24,729 nucleotides of DNA from Octopus sinensis (GCF_006345805.1 NW_021836392.1:1-24729); one strand, 5' to 3'. Shown: positions 10,258-21,275, counted from the first letter of the stretch. The notes: generated by a model not told the origin, from the sequence alone. A program made the numbers and translations.

Positions 10258-11424
10258 ACTACTATGGCAATCCCTCAAGGTCGAGGATGATGGTCTTCGC
10301 GCAAATTTATTGGTGAGTCCGCAGGTGACTGATAAGACCAATTCTTGCTCAAAAAGATCGGTCACAGTGCGGACATCTAGTGCTGGAAGGGAGAGTCGCA
10401 CGTGGTTGTTGTTGGCGCTCCTTCCGTCGTCGTCTTTTCTCCTCCAGCTCTGCAGACCTTTTTGACTCGAAATTCGCCGTTCCCTCATGGATGGTGGTTT
10501 TTCAGAGTGGTCTGTTTTTTGCCGTTTCCTCCCAGTTGGTGAAGTCAATGTCACACTTTTTAGGGTTCGATTTCAGGGAGTCCTTGTAGCGTTTCTTCTG
10601 GCCTCCTTTTGTATGCTTGCCGTCTTTGAGTTGGGAGTAGAAGATCTGTTTGGGAAGTCGTTCATCAGTCATTCTAACCACGTGGCCGCTCCATCTTAGT
10701 TGGCCTTTGATGACATAGGCTTTGATGCTGGTCATTTTTGCTTCTTGTAGCACGCTGACGTTAGTTCTTCTGTCTTCCCAGCTGATGTTGAGGATCTTCC
10801 GAAGACAGAGGGTTCTTCAAAGCCACGAGGGAAATATACGGACCTTCCACACATGGACAGGCTCCTCTGAAGAGTAAAGACGGAGCGACCATCCTGAAAA
10901 GCAACACCGAAATAGGAGACAGATGGAGAGAACACTTCGATGACCTCCTCAATCACAAAGCTACCATCGACAAAAGCATACTTGACGTGATCCCTAAAGA
11001 GGCCAAAGATTACTCTCTCGCTCAAATTCCATCCCTCGCTCAAATTCCATCCCTCGAAGAGGTAAAAATTGCTGTCACAGCGATGAAGAACAACAAAGCC
11101 GCGGGTCCGGATGGAATCCCAGCTGAGATCTACAAACTGGGAGGTGATTTTGTCCAACACCAGCTCTTGGTCAAAATCTGGACAAATGAAGTTGTACCAT
11201 CCGACTTCAGCGATGCCAACATCATTACCATTTACAAAAGAAAGGGCGATCGTTCTGAGTGTGGAAATTACTGGGGTATTTCCTTATTGGCAACTGCTGG
11301 GAAGATTCTTGCACGCATCCTGAACAACCATCTCAGAACGCTGTCAGAGAGGATCCTTCCTGAGACACAGACCGGCTTTAGGCCATCACGAAGCACAACC
11401 GACATGATCTTCACGCTGTGACAT
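10258..11424. mobile_element. RTE family B (BovB-like) LINE insertion with an inverted 5' segment
   Basis: Minus-strand 3' end at 10258-10807 (CLRKILNISWEDRRTNVSVL..QLRWSGHVVRM..GGQKKRYKD). Plus-strand linker and RT N-terminus at about 10805-11424 ([46 protein letters not shown]). Confidence 0.88.
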
Positions 11425-11540
11425 ATATATGTATATATATATGTATACATTTGTGTATATATGTGTGTATATATATATGTATATATATGTGTATATATAT
11501 ATATGTATATATATATATGTGTGTGTATATATATGTATAT

Positions 11541-12477
11541 AGTGAAACATGGGCTGTGACTGCTGAGGATATGCGTAAGCTTGCAAGAAATGAAGCCAGT
11601 ATGCTCCAATGGATGTGTAATGTCAGTGTTCATAATCGACAGAGTGTAAGTACCTTGAGAGAAAAGTTGAACCTAAGAAGCATCAGTTGTGGTGTGCAAG
11701 AGAGACGTTTGCGCTGGTATGGTCATGTGACGAGAATGGCTGAAGATAGTTGTGTGCAAAAGTGCCACACCCTAGCAGTTGAAGGAACCTGTGGAAGAGG
11801 TAGACCCAGGAAAACCTGGGACGAGGTGGTGAAGCATGACCTTCGAACTTTAGGTCTCACCAAGGAAATGACTAGAGACCGAGACCTATGGAAGTATGCT
11901 GTGCGTGAGAAGACCCGGCAAGACTAGTTAGAACATAACCTGTGCCTACATACCTTCCTCCTTGGGACACAAAACTCCACTTGTGAAGACCCGTTGAGGC
12001 AAGTGAAAATCAAAATCAAAATCAATCAAATCCGATATCAGAAAGCAGAAACAAAATCGAAGTCGATCAACATCAATGGAAATTGCAGCTGTGTAAACAG
12101 CGCCGGTGACAAGTAAGCGAACCATCCGATCGTGGCCGTTGCCAGCGTCGCATCAACTGGCCTTCATGCCGGTGTCACGTAAAAGCACCATCTGTTCGTG
12201 GCCGTTGCCAGCCTCACCTGGCCACCGTGCCGGTGGCACGTAAAAAGCACCATCCGTCCGTGGCCGTTTGCCAGCTCCGTCTGGCACCTGTGCGGGTGGC
12301 ACATAAAAAGCACCCACTACACTCACGGAGTGGTTGGTGTTAGGAAGGGCATCCAGCCGTAGAAACACTGCCAGATCAGACTGGGCCTGATGCAGCCTTC
12401 TGGCTTCACAGACCTCAGTTGAACCGTCCAACCCTTGCTAGCATGGAAAGCAGACGCTAAATGATGATGATGATGAT
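11541..12477 (+). mobile_element. RTE family A, 5'-truncated copy
   Basis: [45 protein letters not shown], then the 3' UTR and (gat)n tail. Confidence 0.93.
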
Positions 12478-12510
12478 ATTTATGTATATATATGTATATA
12501 TATATATATA

Positions 12511-13327
12511 GTGTAAGTACCTTGAGAGAAAAGTTGGACCTAAGAAGCATCAGTTGTGGTGTGCAAGAGAGACGTTTGCGCTGGTATGGTCATGTAGCGA
12601 GAATGGATGAAGATAGTTGTGTGAAAAAGTGCCACACCCTAGCTGTTGAGGGAACCTGTGGAAGAGGTAGACCCAGGAAAACCTGGGACGAGGTGGTGTA
12701 GCACGACCTTTGAACTTTAGGTCTCACCGAGGAAATGACCAGAGACTGAGACTTTTGGAAGTATGCTGTGCGTGGGAAGACCCAGCAGGACAAGTGAGAC
12801 CATAACCCGTGGCCTCTACCTGTGACGTAGCCAGACCACTTATGCATACCTTTCCTTCTTGTGACACAAACCCTACTTGTGAAAACCTGTTGAGGCAAGT
12901 GAAGATCAAAATCAAAATAGATCAACATCAATGGAAATTATAGCTGTGATACCAGTGCCGGTGGCACATAAGAGAGCCATCTGAACATGGCCGTTGCCAG
13001 CTCCGCCCGACTGGCCTCCGTGTCGGTGGCACATAAAAAGCACCATCTGATTGTGGCCGTTGCCAGCCTCGTCTGGCCCCCGTGCCGGTGGCACGTAAAA
13101 AGCACCATCCGATCGTGGCCATTTGCCAGCCTCCTCTGGCACCTGTGCAGGTGGCACATAAAAAGCACCCATTACATTCATGGAGTGGTTGGCGTTAGGA
13201 AGGGCATCCAGCCGTAGAAACACTGCCAGATCAGACTGGGCCTGGCGCAGCCTACTGGCTTCCCAGACCCCAGTTGAACCGTCCAACCCATGCTAGCATG
13301 GAAAACGGACATAAACGATGATGATGA
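12511..13327 (+). mobile_element. RTE family A, 5'-truncated copy in tandem with the previous one
   Basis: [41 protein letters not shown], then the 3' UTR and (gat)n tail. Confidence 0.93.
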
Positions 13328-13345
13328 TATATATATTTGTATATA

Positions 13346-13376
<31 letters not shown>

Positions 13377-13397
13377 TTGTCTATATATGTATATGTA

Positions 13398-13440
<43 letters not shown>

Positions 13441-13697
13441 ATATATATATGTGTGTGTATATATATATATGTATATATATTGTATATCTATATGCATATG
13501 TATATATTTATATGTATATATATATGTATGTATATACATGTGCATATATATATATGTATATACATGTATATATATATATATATATGTATGTATATACATG
13601 TATATATATATATATCTGTATATATATATTTGCATATATATATATATATGTCTGTATACATATATGTCTCTCTCTCTCTATATATATATATATACAC
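13328..13697. repeat. Compound (TA)/(TG)/(CA) microsatellite. Similar tracts at about 3655-3760, 7465-7575, 8745-8838, 10136-10257, 11425-11540, 14395-14520, 19263-19395, 22015-22380 and 22880-23420; (ATT)n at about 21655-21715
   Basis: Direct inspection. These tracts generate the Y/I/M/C/V/T/H-rich artefact ORFs in the track. Confidence 0.97.
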
Positions 13698-13698
13698 A

Positions 13699-14176
13699 CT
13701 ATCCTAAGGTGACCCGCTCTTGAGGCGGGTGAGGGTGTGGTTGTGACTTTCTGTTTCTAATCACCACATTCTCCCCCTTTGTTTGCCTCTCACTTTCCCA
13801 CTCTCTTACTCTTCCTTTCTCTCAGACTCTCTCTCGCTTTCTCTTACTTGTTGTCTTTCTCTATCTATCTCTCTCCCATTTTAAAAACTCAACTTTCCGT
13901 GCTTAAATTACAAATCCACTTCCACTTTACCATGTTGAAAATTTGATTAAAATTGGGTAAAAGGTGTCGAATCTAGACCCCCCAAATTTCCCAAAAAATC
14001 AACAAAATCTCTGTTTTCGCAGCAAAGCAACCATTGTAGCACCATAAAACGTCTACCAATCAATTTCTCACCCCAACGTACCCCCTCCTGTAAATTTTAG
14101 TTCCCTTCCAGCCCCATTTAGACCCTCTTTTACATAAAAATCCAATTTGTATCAACGTTCGCCTTCACTTTATAGA
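13699..14176 (-). mobile_element. Probable non-autonomous Helitron
   Basis: In minus orientation it starts TCTATAAAGTGAAGG (14176) and ends with hairpin acccgc-ctcaaga-gcgggt (13712-13730) then ...ATAG|T (consensus CTRR|T, one mismatch). No TIR or TSD. Confidence 0.5.
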
Positions 14177-14410
14177 TTAGACAGATATACCTGGCCTTGC
14201 TCGGGATTAAAATAGTTTATTATTGTTTTACTTGTTTCGGTATTATAACCCGATTTCATTCAGGTCTATGCAGGCCACATTTTAAAAGATGAGGAATTTT
14301 GCCCAAGAGGTCATGCCCTTCATTGAGCAAACTCGCTACCACTTTAACATAGTTGTGTATATTTTCAGCTCAATCCGACCACATATTCATACATTTTATA
14401 TATATATATG
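14177..14410 (-). mobile_element. Second probable non-autonomous Helitron abutting the first
   Basis: The minus strand ends cccgagcaaggccaggtatatctgtCTAA: a CpG-decayed cccg-N8-cggg hairpin plus CTRR. The 5' boundary in the TA run near 14410 is uncertain. Confidence 0.45.
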
Positions 14411-14414
14411 TATC

Positions 14415-14448
<34 letters not shown>

Positions 14449-14659
14449 CGCATTAAATATGTACATATATATGCATTATATATACATGTCTGCACACACA
14501 CACACACATATATATAAATTAATACAATATATCTGATATGATTGTGCGGTGGTGGTGGGCGATAATAATTCACTGTTTTAAAAGATGTGTCGCAGGAATA
14601 TTTAAACATTTGTGGCTGTCAACGCTTTCTCTCTACAGATACAGATAGACGTACAGTGA

Positions 14660-17428
14660 GAGAGGTGGTAGGAGAAAGAGTGGCAAAGGTAACATGGATG
14701 GTATAGGGGGTGTAGGCATTCTCCTCTCAGAGAACTGGATGGATAAGGTTATAGAAGTTGTTAAGGTATGCGATAGAGTGCTTAAGCTTAGGCTAGTCCT
14801 GCAGAATAGCACAGCTACTATCATCTCCGCCTACACCCCAAATGATCAGAAGGACTACTTTTATGACACCCTTCTACAGGCTACCTCAAAGACGAGCGGC
14901 AATGACCACATCTTTGTGGCTGGAGACTTTAATGGGCAGGAAGCAGGTATCTTCACTGGGGTACACGGTGGCCATGGTATTGGCACCTGAAATGATGAGG
15001 GAACCAGGCTACTGGAGCTCTGTGATGCATGTAACCTTTTAATCTGCAACATTAACTTCAGGAAGCCAGATAGACACCTTATATCCTATCAATCAGGGCA
15101 CTCTGCCAGCCAGATTGGTTTGATCCTCACCAGACGGCGGAACACAGGGTTGCTCTTAAATACAAAGACCTTTCCGGGTGAAAAATGTACCCCCCAGCAT
15201 AGGCTAGTCATTAGTGACTTTAGTCTCGAGGACAGAAAGATACCAAGAAGCAAACCAATCCAAAAAAGAAGGATTTGGAGGCTAACAAACCGTTCACATG
15301 GTCAGAGATTTTGGGACATCCTCATCAAGAAATCTGAGGAGAGGGAGGAGGAGTTACAGACATCAGACATAGAAGGTAGCTGAAAATTCCTACGGGACAG
15401 CTTGTTGAGTGCCACAGACCATTTCTGTGGCTGGTGCAAAATCCCTTCCAGACCTAGAGTTATGTGGTGGTGGAATAGTACAGTAGGCAAAGCCGTTAGG
15501 ATAAAGAAACAGGCCTGCAAAGCCTGGAAGGTTGGGGATAGCAGGGAATGGTACCAGGTAGCCAGAAGGGAGGCTGGGCAGCAGGTATACATAGCCAAGA
15601 GTGAAGTGGAAAAGAAGTAGTTTGCCAATGTCCAGAGAGGTGAGGACCAAAGAACTGAGGTATTTTGGATTGCAAGACAGTGTGTGAGAGAAAATTGTGA
15701 TGTCACAGGAGAGAAATGTGTTCAAATGGATGATGGGGCACTGCTTTTAGTGATTCTGGAAAGAAAGAGGCTTGGAGAAGCCATTATGAAAGACTGCTGA
15801 ATATGGAGAATGAGTGGGAGGAGGAGAGCCTGCCAAATGTTGATCCCGTAGGACCTGCTATCCGTATAGATCGCTCTCTAGTAGATAAGGCAATTAAGGG
15901 TATGAAGCAAGGAAAAGCCTCCGGCCCATCAGGAATCACTGTTGAGATGCTTAAAACATCTGGTGGTGTGGGCTATGGCCTAGTCACCTGCATTGTAAAC
16001 CAGGTAGTTCATAATGGAGTCATACCCAACAACTGGCGTAGCAGCACCATAGTCAACTGCTACAAGGGTAAAGGTGATGATCTAGATAGAAGTAACTACA
16101 GGGGTATGAAACTGCTGGATCAGGTAATGAAGGTCACGGAGAGGGTCATAGCCCATCTCATCAGGGAGAGCGTCTGCTTAGATGAGATGCACTTCGGTTT
16201 TATTCTGGGTAGAAGCACCGTTGATGCCATATTCCTGGTTCTACAACTGCAGGAGAAATACCTAGCCAAAGATAAACCCCTACACTTAGCTTTTATGGAC
16301 TTGGAGAAAGGCTTATTTGGTGGGTGATGCAGAAACTGGAGATTGATAAATGGTTAATAAGGGCTGTGCAGGCCCTTTACTGAGAGGGTGTTAGTTAGGT
16401 TAGGATTGGCAATGAGTACAGTGATGAATTCTGGGTAGAAGTTGGCGTCCACCAAAGCTCAGCCCTCAGTCCCCTTCTATTCATCATAGTCCTCCAGGCA
16501 ATAACAGAGGAATTCAAGACAGGTTGTCCCTGGGAGCTCCTCTATGCTGATGACCTACCTAGCCCTCGTAGCAGAGTCACTACCGGAACATGTGTGGAAG
16601 CTAGGTTTAGAATCAAAACACTTTAGAGTCAATGTAGCAAAGACCAAAGTTCTAGTAAGTAGGCAGGCAAACTCACCACACACCCCTTCAGGTAGGTGGC
16701 CCTGCTTGATCTGTAGAAAAGGTGTAGGTAGAAACTCCATAAGATGTACCCAATGTAAGCTATGGACACATAAGAAGTGCAGCAATATCAAAGGAAAATT
16801 AACCGAGAAGATGCACAGGGGCAATAGACACCATTGATACTCAGAAAACAGATTCCATTACACTCCTGGGGGAGAAACTAGAAGTACTTGATAGTTTCTG
16901 CTACCTAGGTGACCAAGTTAGTAGCAGGGGTGGATGCTCAGAGAGCGTTACCACTAGAATAAGAATAGCCTGGGCAAAGTTTAAGAAGCTTCTTCCCCTA
17001 CTGGCGACAAAAGGTCTCTCGCTCAGAGTGAAAGGTAGATTGTACGACGCATGTGTGCAAACTGCCATGCTTCACGGCAGTGAAACATGGGCTGTGACTG
17101 CAGAGGCCATGCGTAGGCTCGAAAGAAATGAAGCTAGTATGATCCGCTGGATGTGTAATGTCAGTGTCCATGCACGACAGTGTACGCGCCCTGAGAGAAA
17201 TGTTGGGTATAAGAAGCATCGAATGCAGCGTGCAGGGGAGACGTTTGCGTTGGTATGGTCACGTACTATGGATGGATGAGGAGAGCTGTGTGAAGAAGTG
17301 CCACCCCCAAACTCTACCAAACGGGGTAGAGGTAGACCCAGGAAGACATGGGATGAGGTGGTCAAGTATGACCTTTGTATGTTGAGCCTCAAAGTGGCTA
17401 TGACGAAAGACCGAGACCTCCGGAGATA
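14660..17428 (+). mobile_element. Near-full-length decayed RTE family A ORF (APE endonuclease + RT + PHD-like insert)
   Basis: APE motifs GGVGILL..IISAYTP..VAGDFNG at 14694-14990. RT GKASGPSGI..NYRGMKLL..GFILGRSTVDAIF..AFMDLEK at 15803-16327. LLYADD at 16543-16554, then FCYLGD and MLHGSETW. Many stops and frameshifts. Confidence 0.93.
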
Positions 17429-18410
17429 ATAATAATAATAATAATAATAGTGTACAGTGCTCAGGTGCACTACAACTCATCTAAAGTGTATATATAATCA
17501 GGTGTAGTTTCAGTGGATTTCGGAAAGCATGAGGGCCTTAAAGGATGCAGTGTCGGCAACTCTGAGCATGAAAAAATGTTTCCGAAAGTCATGGGAGCTG
17601 TGTTGTTTTCTGACTTTGTAGGCATGTCCATGTGTGTTAGACACATGGAGATCAAAAAGGTGTTCAGTGTTGTTGTTGGTGAGGTGGTTGATAACTTTGT
17701 GGGTGTTTACCAAGTCCGTTGCCAGACGCCGGAGCTTCAGTGAATCCATGCCCAGGGAAACAAGGCGCTCAGAATATGGTAGGTGGCTGATGGAGGGTAT
17801 GCGTTTGGTTGCACGTCTCTGGACAGATTCCAGGAGGTCAATGTTCTGATCAAGATAGGGGTTCCAAACTGATGATGCGAATTCCAAGTGTGGTCGTACC
17901 ATAGCTGTATACAGTTTTAAATAGATGGCTGGAGAGTGGCTAACAAAAGTCTTGCTGAGTGATGCCAAGACACCCTCGGCCTTCTTGACAATTTTAGAGA
18001 TATGCTTTGTCCAACGCAAATCACTGCTGACAGTGATGCCTAGGTCACGCTCGCAAGAGGATTTCTTGATATCAGTGTTGTGGAGGGAGTATGTGGACGC
18101 AGGGTTTTTTCTCCCAAAATGCATGGTGGTACACTTGTCCACAGCCAGTTTCAGTTGCCAGTCTGTGATCCATTGCTGCATTGTGTCTAGGTCTGATTGC
18201 AGGAAAGAGTTGTAGACATCAGGATCTGTCCTCTTGATTTCAAGGTACAGCTTGATGTCGTCTGCATATTTCAATACTGTGGCATTCTTTAAATTGGCAT
18301 CTATATCATTAATGTATGCCACAAACAAGAGGGGACCAAGGACAGATCCCTGTGGTACACCTGATGACATCTCATATGGTGTAGAGTGCTGTCCTAGAAC
18401 TGTGACTACC
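17427..18410 (-). mobile_element. CR1/L2-group LINE, 5'-truncated, with RT core and (TAT)n tail
   Basis: SGVPQGSVLGPLLFVAYINDI..LKYADDIKLY..ERDLGITV..VRPHLEFASSVWNP..LESVQRRATK is open for about 300 codons. The tail is the (aat)n tract at 17427-17450. Confidence 0.93.
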
Positions 18411-18590
18411 TCCTTTGGTCCCTGTGCCGGTGGCATGTAAAAAATACCCACTACACTCACGGAGTGGTTGGCATTAGGAAGGACATCCAGCTGTAGAAAC
18501 ACTGTCAGATCAGATTGGAGCCTGGTGCAGCCTCCTGGCTTCCCAGAACCCGGTCGAACCGTCCAACCCATGCTAGCATGTGCTGTGACT
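18410..18590 (+). mobile_element. RTE family A 3' UTR segment nearly identical to 19066-19236
   Basis: About 3 differences in about 160 bp. Shared variants include aaaaaataccc and actgtcagatc. Confidence 0.85.
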
Positions 18591-19262
18591 TCGAAGACCC
18601 GACAAATGAAGTGAGTTCATGGCTTGCAGGACGACCTGCTGCGCTTGAGGAGACCTATTGTGTCAAGTTCATCAACATCAAAACAAAAATCGTATGGATA
18701 TTGTAGTTGTAATACCCGTGCTGGTTGCACGTAGGGCCTCACAGAGGAAATGACGAAGACCGAGACCTCTGAGATATGCTGTGACTATGAAGACCTGACA
18801 AATGAAATGAGCTCATGGCTCGCCAGACGGCCTGCTGTGCTAACCTTGGATCATAGAGTGACCCGCTGTTCTTGAGGCGACATATTGAGTCAAGTACATC
18901 AACACCAACATCAAAATAAAAATGAAATGGAAATTGGAGTTAGGATACCCGTGCCAGTGACACATAAAAAGCAACGTCCGAATGTGGCAGATGCCTGCGC
19001 TGCCTGACTGGCGTCTGTGTCGGTGACATGTAAAAGCACCAGCTGATCGTGGCCGTTTGCCAGCCTCCTCTGGCCCCTGTGCCGGTGGCATGTAAAAAAT
19101 ACCCACTACACTCACGGAGTGGTTGGCGTTAGGAAGGGCATCCAGCTGTAGAAACACTGTCAGATCAGATTGGAGCCTGGTGCAGCCTCCTGGCTTCCCA
19201 GAACCCGGTTGAACCGTCCAACCCATGCTAGCATGGAAAATGGACATTAAACGATGATGATG
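18590..19262 (+). mobile_element. RTE family A 3' ends: continuation of the long copy (18590-18735) plus a second truncated copy (18736-19262) with full (gat)n tail
   Basis: tgctgtgacttcgaagacc resumes the sequence broken at gaccgagacctccggagat (17428). The same segment recurs, diverged, at about 18775-18960. Confidence 0.8.
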
Positions 19263-20369
19263 ATATATATATGTCTGAGCATATATATGGATATATATAT
19301 GTGTGTGTATACATATATGTGTATGTATATAGGTATGTGTATTTGTATTTATATATAATATAAATAATGTATATATGCATATATACTTATGCATATGTGG
19401 TCACTGGACGTCATGAAACATCTACCAACAAAAAGTACAAAACACATGTACATGGAGCATAAACTATTCACAAATGGAAAACAAAACAAACATTAGTTGT
19501 TGGCTGTTTTTCTACTCTCATATTTTGAGCATTTAACAACAATATACGCTTTCCATAAAAGAGTTGCTCCTGCAAAGCTAATTAAATAAAATTTGGGATT
19601 TTGCAGTGGGTCAAAGTAGGTAACACAAACAGGACAGTGAATACAAGCAGGAAGGGCTGCTAAGCCTAAATGATGTGGTGGTGAACGTGTAAATCAAGCT
19701 AGGACCGGAGACAAGCAAGAACACATCTTCCTTGTTCCAGCTACAAGGGAGAGGAAGAAAGAAAGATGGCCGATGTTCGCGTGGGATCCACGTAAGCAAG
19801 GGAGGGAGAGTGACACAGTGTTAGGCTAGAATAGTGGGAAGAAAGGAGGTAAAAGAATGAGAGAATAAAAGAGAAAAACAAGTATTGTTTTCACTGTTTT
19901 TATATTATTATATGATTGAATGCCACACATCTGCTTCCAAGTAGGTTTTGATCTTTGTACCCTTTCATTTTTCTCATCTATCAAACAACTGATTTACTGA
20001 ACTTTCAACCTAACTAAAATGTAAGACTATCAAATTATTGAACATTTTCTTCTTCCTGTTTTTTCCGTACACTTTCTTTCTCTCTATTCCCTTTGTTTAT
20101 CTTTGCTTTCTTTGTTCTGATGATGTATATCAATTGCATTGAAGTAAATACATATTTACCCCAGCCTGATCTACTCTATCATACTCCTATCTTAATTAAA
20201 TAATGGCTTTATAACACCAAAGATCCACTTCTCATTGTTATTTATTGCTCCATTTTCTTTTTGTCTATATATACATGAAACTATGGTTTACCTTTAAATT
20301 ACCCACTACCGTATACCTTATAACAAGTACCATACATACTGAGGTAATTACCAGGATACATTTATCTTA

Positions 20370-21275
20370 GAGAAGACAAATTGGCCAATATGCACGCAAA
20401 AAAATTATTTTCATGTCTTTTATTCAGTAGAGGTGGTTTAGCCATTGATATTTTCAGGTGCTCTATTAAACAGAGATCGCACCGCTTATTAGTAGTCTTA
20501 TAAGACGAGGTGGTCGCTAGGATGCACTGTTTTAAACTATAATTAATTTTTTTATCCTTTAATTCTCAGATGTAGCTACTAAGCCCTGTAGAGTTTGCTT
20601 TGCTTCTATTTCTAAAGCTAGATTGGTGTGAGTTGTATCTCAGTATTATTTGGTTTTTCGTAGTGCCATATATATGATTTTGTATGGTTATTTATGAGTA
20701 TATCACATTGGTATACTACATTTTCTGTTTTACACCTATTAGAGAATTGGCACTTATTTCAGTCTCTACAGCCACATAAAGTATTCTGTCTATTTGTGCT
20801 AGTGTTGTATTGAAGGGGTCTATTCTTAGTTGGGTGATTGTCCTTGTTATTTGAATGCGCATCTTCAGGGGTGGGATTTCTATTTGCTGGTTGGCTGTTC
20901 TGTTTTATGTTACTGATTTTCCTGGTTTCATAAGTGTCGTGTTTATTATATTGAGGCTATGATAGTAGCTAAGTTATTAGTCAGGCTATGGCCTACTCTG
21001 GTTTTATTCCTAAATATTGCTGCATATTTATTATTTACGTTCAAATGTTTATCTATGAGTCTCATTATGGAGTGAACTATGTTCGATTTGATTTGCATGG
21101 CAAAGGGGATTATAAATCTGATCTTGGCTCTATCTTGTTTATTTTTACTATTGTTATTTTTGGTATAGAAGCTGCCTTCAGTGTTCGTATAGTGTGTGAA
21201 GTTATAGTTATGGTTATTGTATTCCAGTTTTATTGGGGTTATGTTATGTTTATACGGTTTATGTGAACTAAATAG
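20370..21275 (-). mobile_element. Penelope-like element remnant (RT C-terminal region, linker and GIY-YIG endonuclease), decayed
   Basis: Minus-strand translation with frameshifts: YNP/PFAMQIKSNI..LIDKH..NNLATIIAS, an Asn-rich linker, LCGCRD*NKC..CKTENVVYQC..SYI/GTT..RYNSHQSSFRNRSKANSTGLSSYI*ELKDKKINY..KRCDLCLIE..LLNKRHE. This matches the PLE GIY-YIG layout. Confidence 0.85.

Noticed and set aside
11017-11055. In-frame 18-bp tandem duplication (LAQIPS x2) in the RTE family B fragment
   Set aside because: Real, but an ordinary slippage event in a dead copy with no functional implication.
12090-13170. Repeat-spacer-like arrays (gtgccggtggcac...) as a CRISPR array
   Set aside because: The units are degenerate sub-repeats in the 3' UTR of an RTE LINE, with spacers homologous between copies. 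The context is eukaryotic and there are no cas genes.
13290-13723. Numerous Y/I/C/M/V/H/T-rich ORFs here and at 3520-3702, 7401-7725, 11268-11633, 21977-22605 and 22849-23476
   Set aside because: They are translations of (TA)/(TG)/(CA) microsatellites, which lack stop codons in several frames.
17510-18571. 353-aa ORF as one gene or a fusion protein
   Set aside because: The first about 55 codons are antisense RTE 3' UTR that happens to be in frame with a 5'-truncated CR1/L2 RT. There is no promoter or splice evidence.
20117-20145. CTGATGA here and at 24170-24186 as further hammerhead cores
   Set aside because: There is no proper stem II followed by GAAA and no stem I/III pairing. A 7-mer match is expected by chance.
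20988-21266. 92-aa hydrophobic plus-strand ORF as a membrane protein
   Set aside because: It is antisense to the Asn/Lys-rich Penelope remnant, which explains the hydrophobic composition.
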